This document shows positions 63,773-64,000 of a stretch of DNA of 64,000 bases, piece after piece; position 1 is the stretch's first letter, and the number at the start of each line of letters is the position of its first letter. The notes beneath the pieces were generated by a model that was given only the letters and a program-made list of their open reading frames with translations, had not been told where the DNA came from and did not search any database. This DNA is from Candidatus Latescibacterota bacterium. Lineage in GTDB: Bacteria; Latescibacterota; UBA2968; GCA-2709665. The stretch is taken from contig OZ250150.1 of assembly GCA_965237675.1 (NCBI GenBank), forward strand, positions 448,001 to 512,000. Direction: 5' to 3'. Made by a program: the position numbers and the translations under genes.

Positions 63773-64000
63773 ATGGATATTTTCGACATGAACTGTATGC
63801 TGGGACCCACGCGTACAGACCGCGAGCCGTGCTTTCGGACGCCCGGGGCGCTGCTGGCCGAGATGGATCGACTGGGCATCTCGGAAGCCCTGGTCTACGC
63901 GAGCTACGCGGCAATGGGACATCCGGCGGACGCGAACGCATGGGTGGTGGAGGCCACGCGTTCCCATCCGCGCCTGCACCCGTGCTGGGCGGTGTTGCCG
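63773..64000 (+). CDS. Amidohydrolase_2-family protein, 5' part (runs off the window; absent from the ORF track)
   Basis: MDIFDMNCMLGP...LLAEMDRLGISEALV...RLHPCWAVLP; GGGAG RBS. Confidence 0.75.
   Translation, partial: MDIFDMNCMLGPTRTDREPCFRTPGALLAEMDRLGISEALVYASYAAMGHPADANAWVVEATRSHPRLHPCWAVLP

Noticed and set aside
1-64000. tRNA/rRNA genes, prophage or conjugation genes
   Set aside because: None recognised by eye; a tRNAscan/Infernal run is needed to exclude small RNAs formally.

Overview
GC-rich bacterial chromosomal window, probably a MAG. The repeated DUF6785-type membrane proteins, PhyH dioxygenases and GH42-like proteins suggest Latescibacterota/Poribacteria-like bacteria (inference only). 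All family calls come from motif recognition by eye; no searches were run. There are three parts. (1) 1-5.8 kb: hydrolases, a probable outer-membrane protein, a MITE and a vapBC module. (2) ~5.9-34.7 kb: a defence island built inside a decayed type I R-M locus (truncated hsdM, intact hsdS, internally deleted hsdR). Its cargo is an IS21/IS256 chimera with a 6-bp TSD, a DUF6602 nuclease-like gene, a compact five-gene operon (unknown helical protein, TIR, Nmad2, MazG+MazG_C, UDG-like), an OLD-type ATPase-TOPRIM nuclease, two AlbA_2(Schlafen)-HATPase-wHTH genes, XRE-ImmA/IrrE, darTG, DUF433 and a 1827-aa sacsin-like GHKL ATPase/DUF3883 nuclease. The spacers hold several decayed copies of the hsdS 3' end and hsdR 5' end, which record serial cassette accretion. 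They also hold 11-bp-phased direct repeats with IHF-like boxes that follow the 3' ends of the AlbA_2 genes and their relics. (3) 35-64 kb: metabolic genes, AbiEi/AbiEii, a nonsense-disrupted HipA-like kinase with a HIRAN partner, and a catabolic-looking cluster with three DUF6785-like transporter paralogues. Best candidates for an uncharacterised system: the TIR-Nmad2-MazG-UDG operon, and the pairing of AlbA_2-wHTH genes with their own phased-repeat cis-elements.
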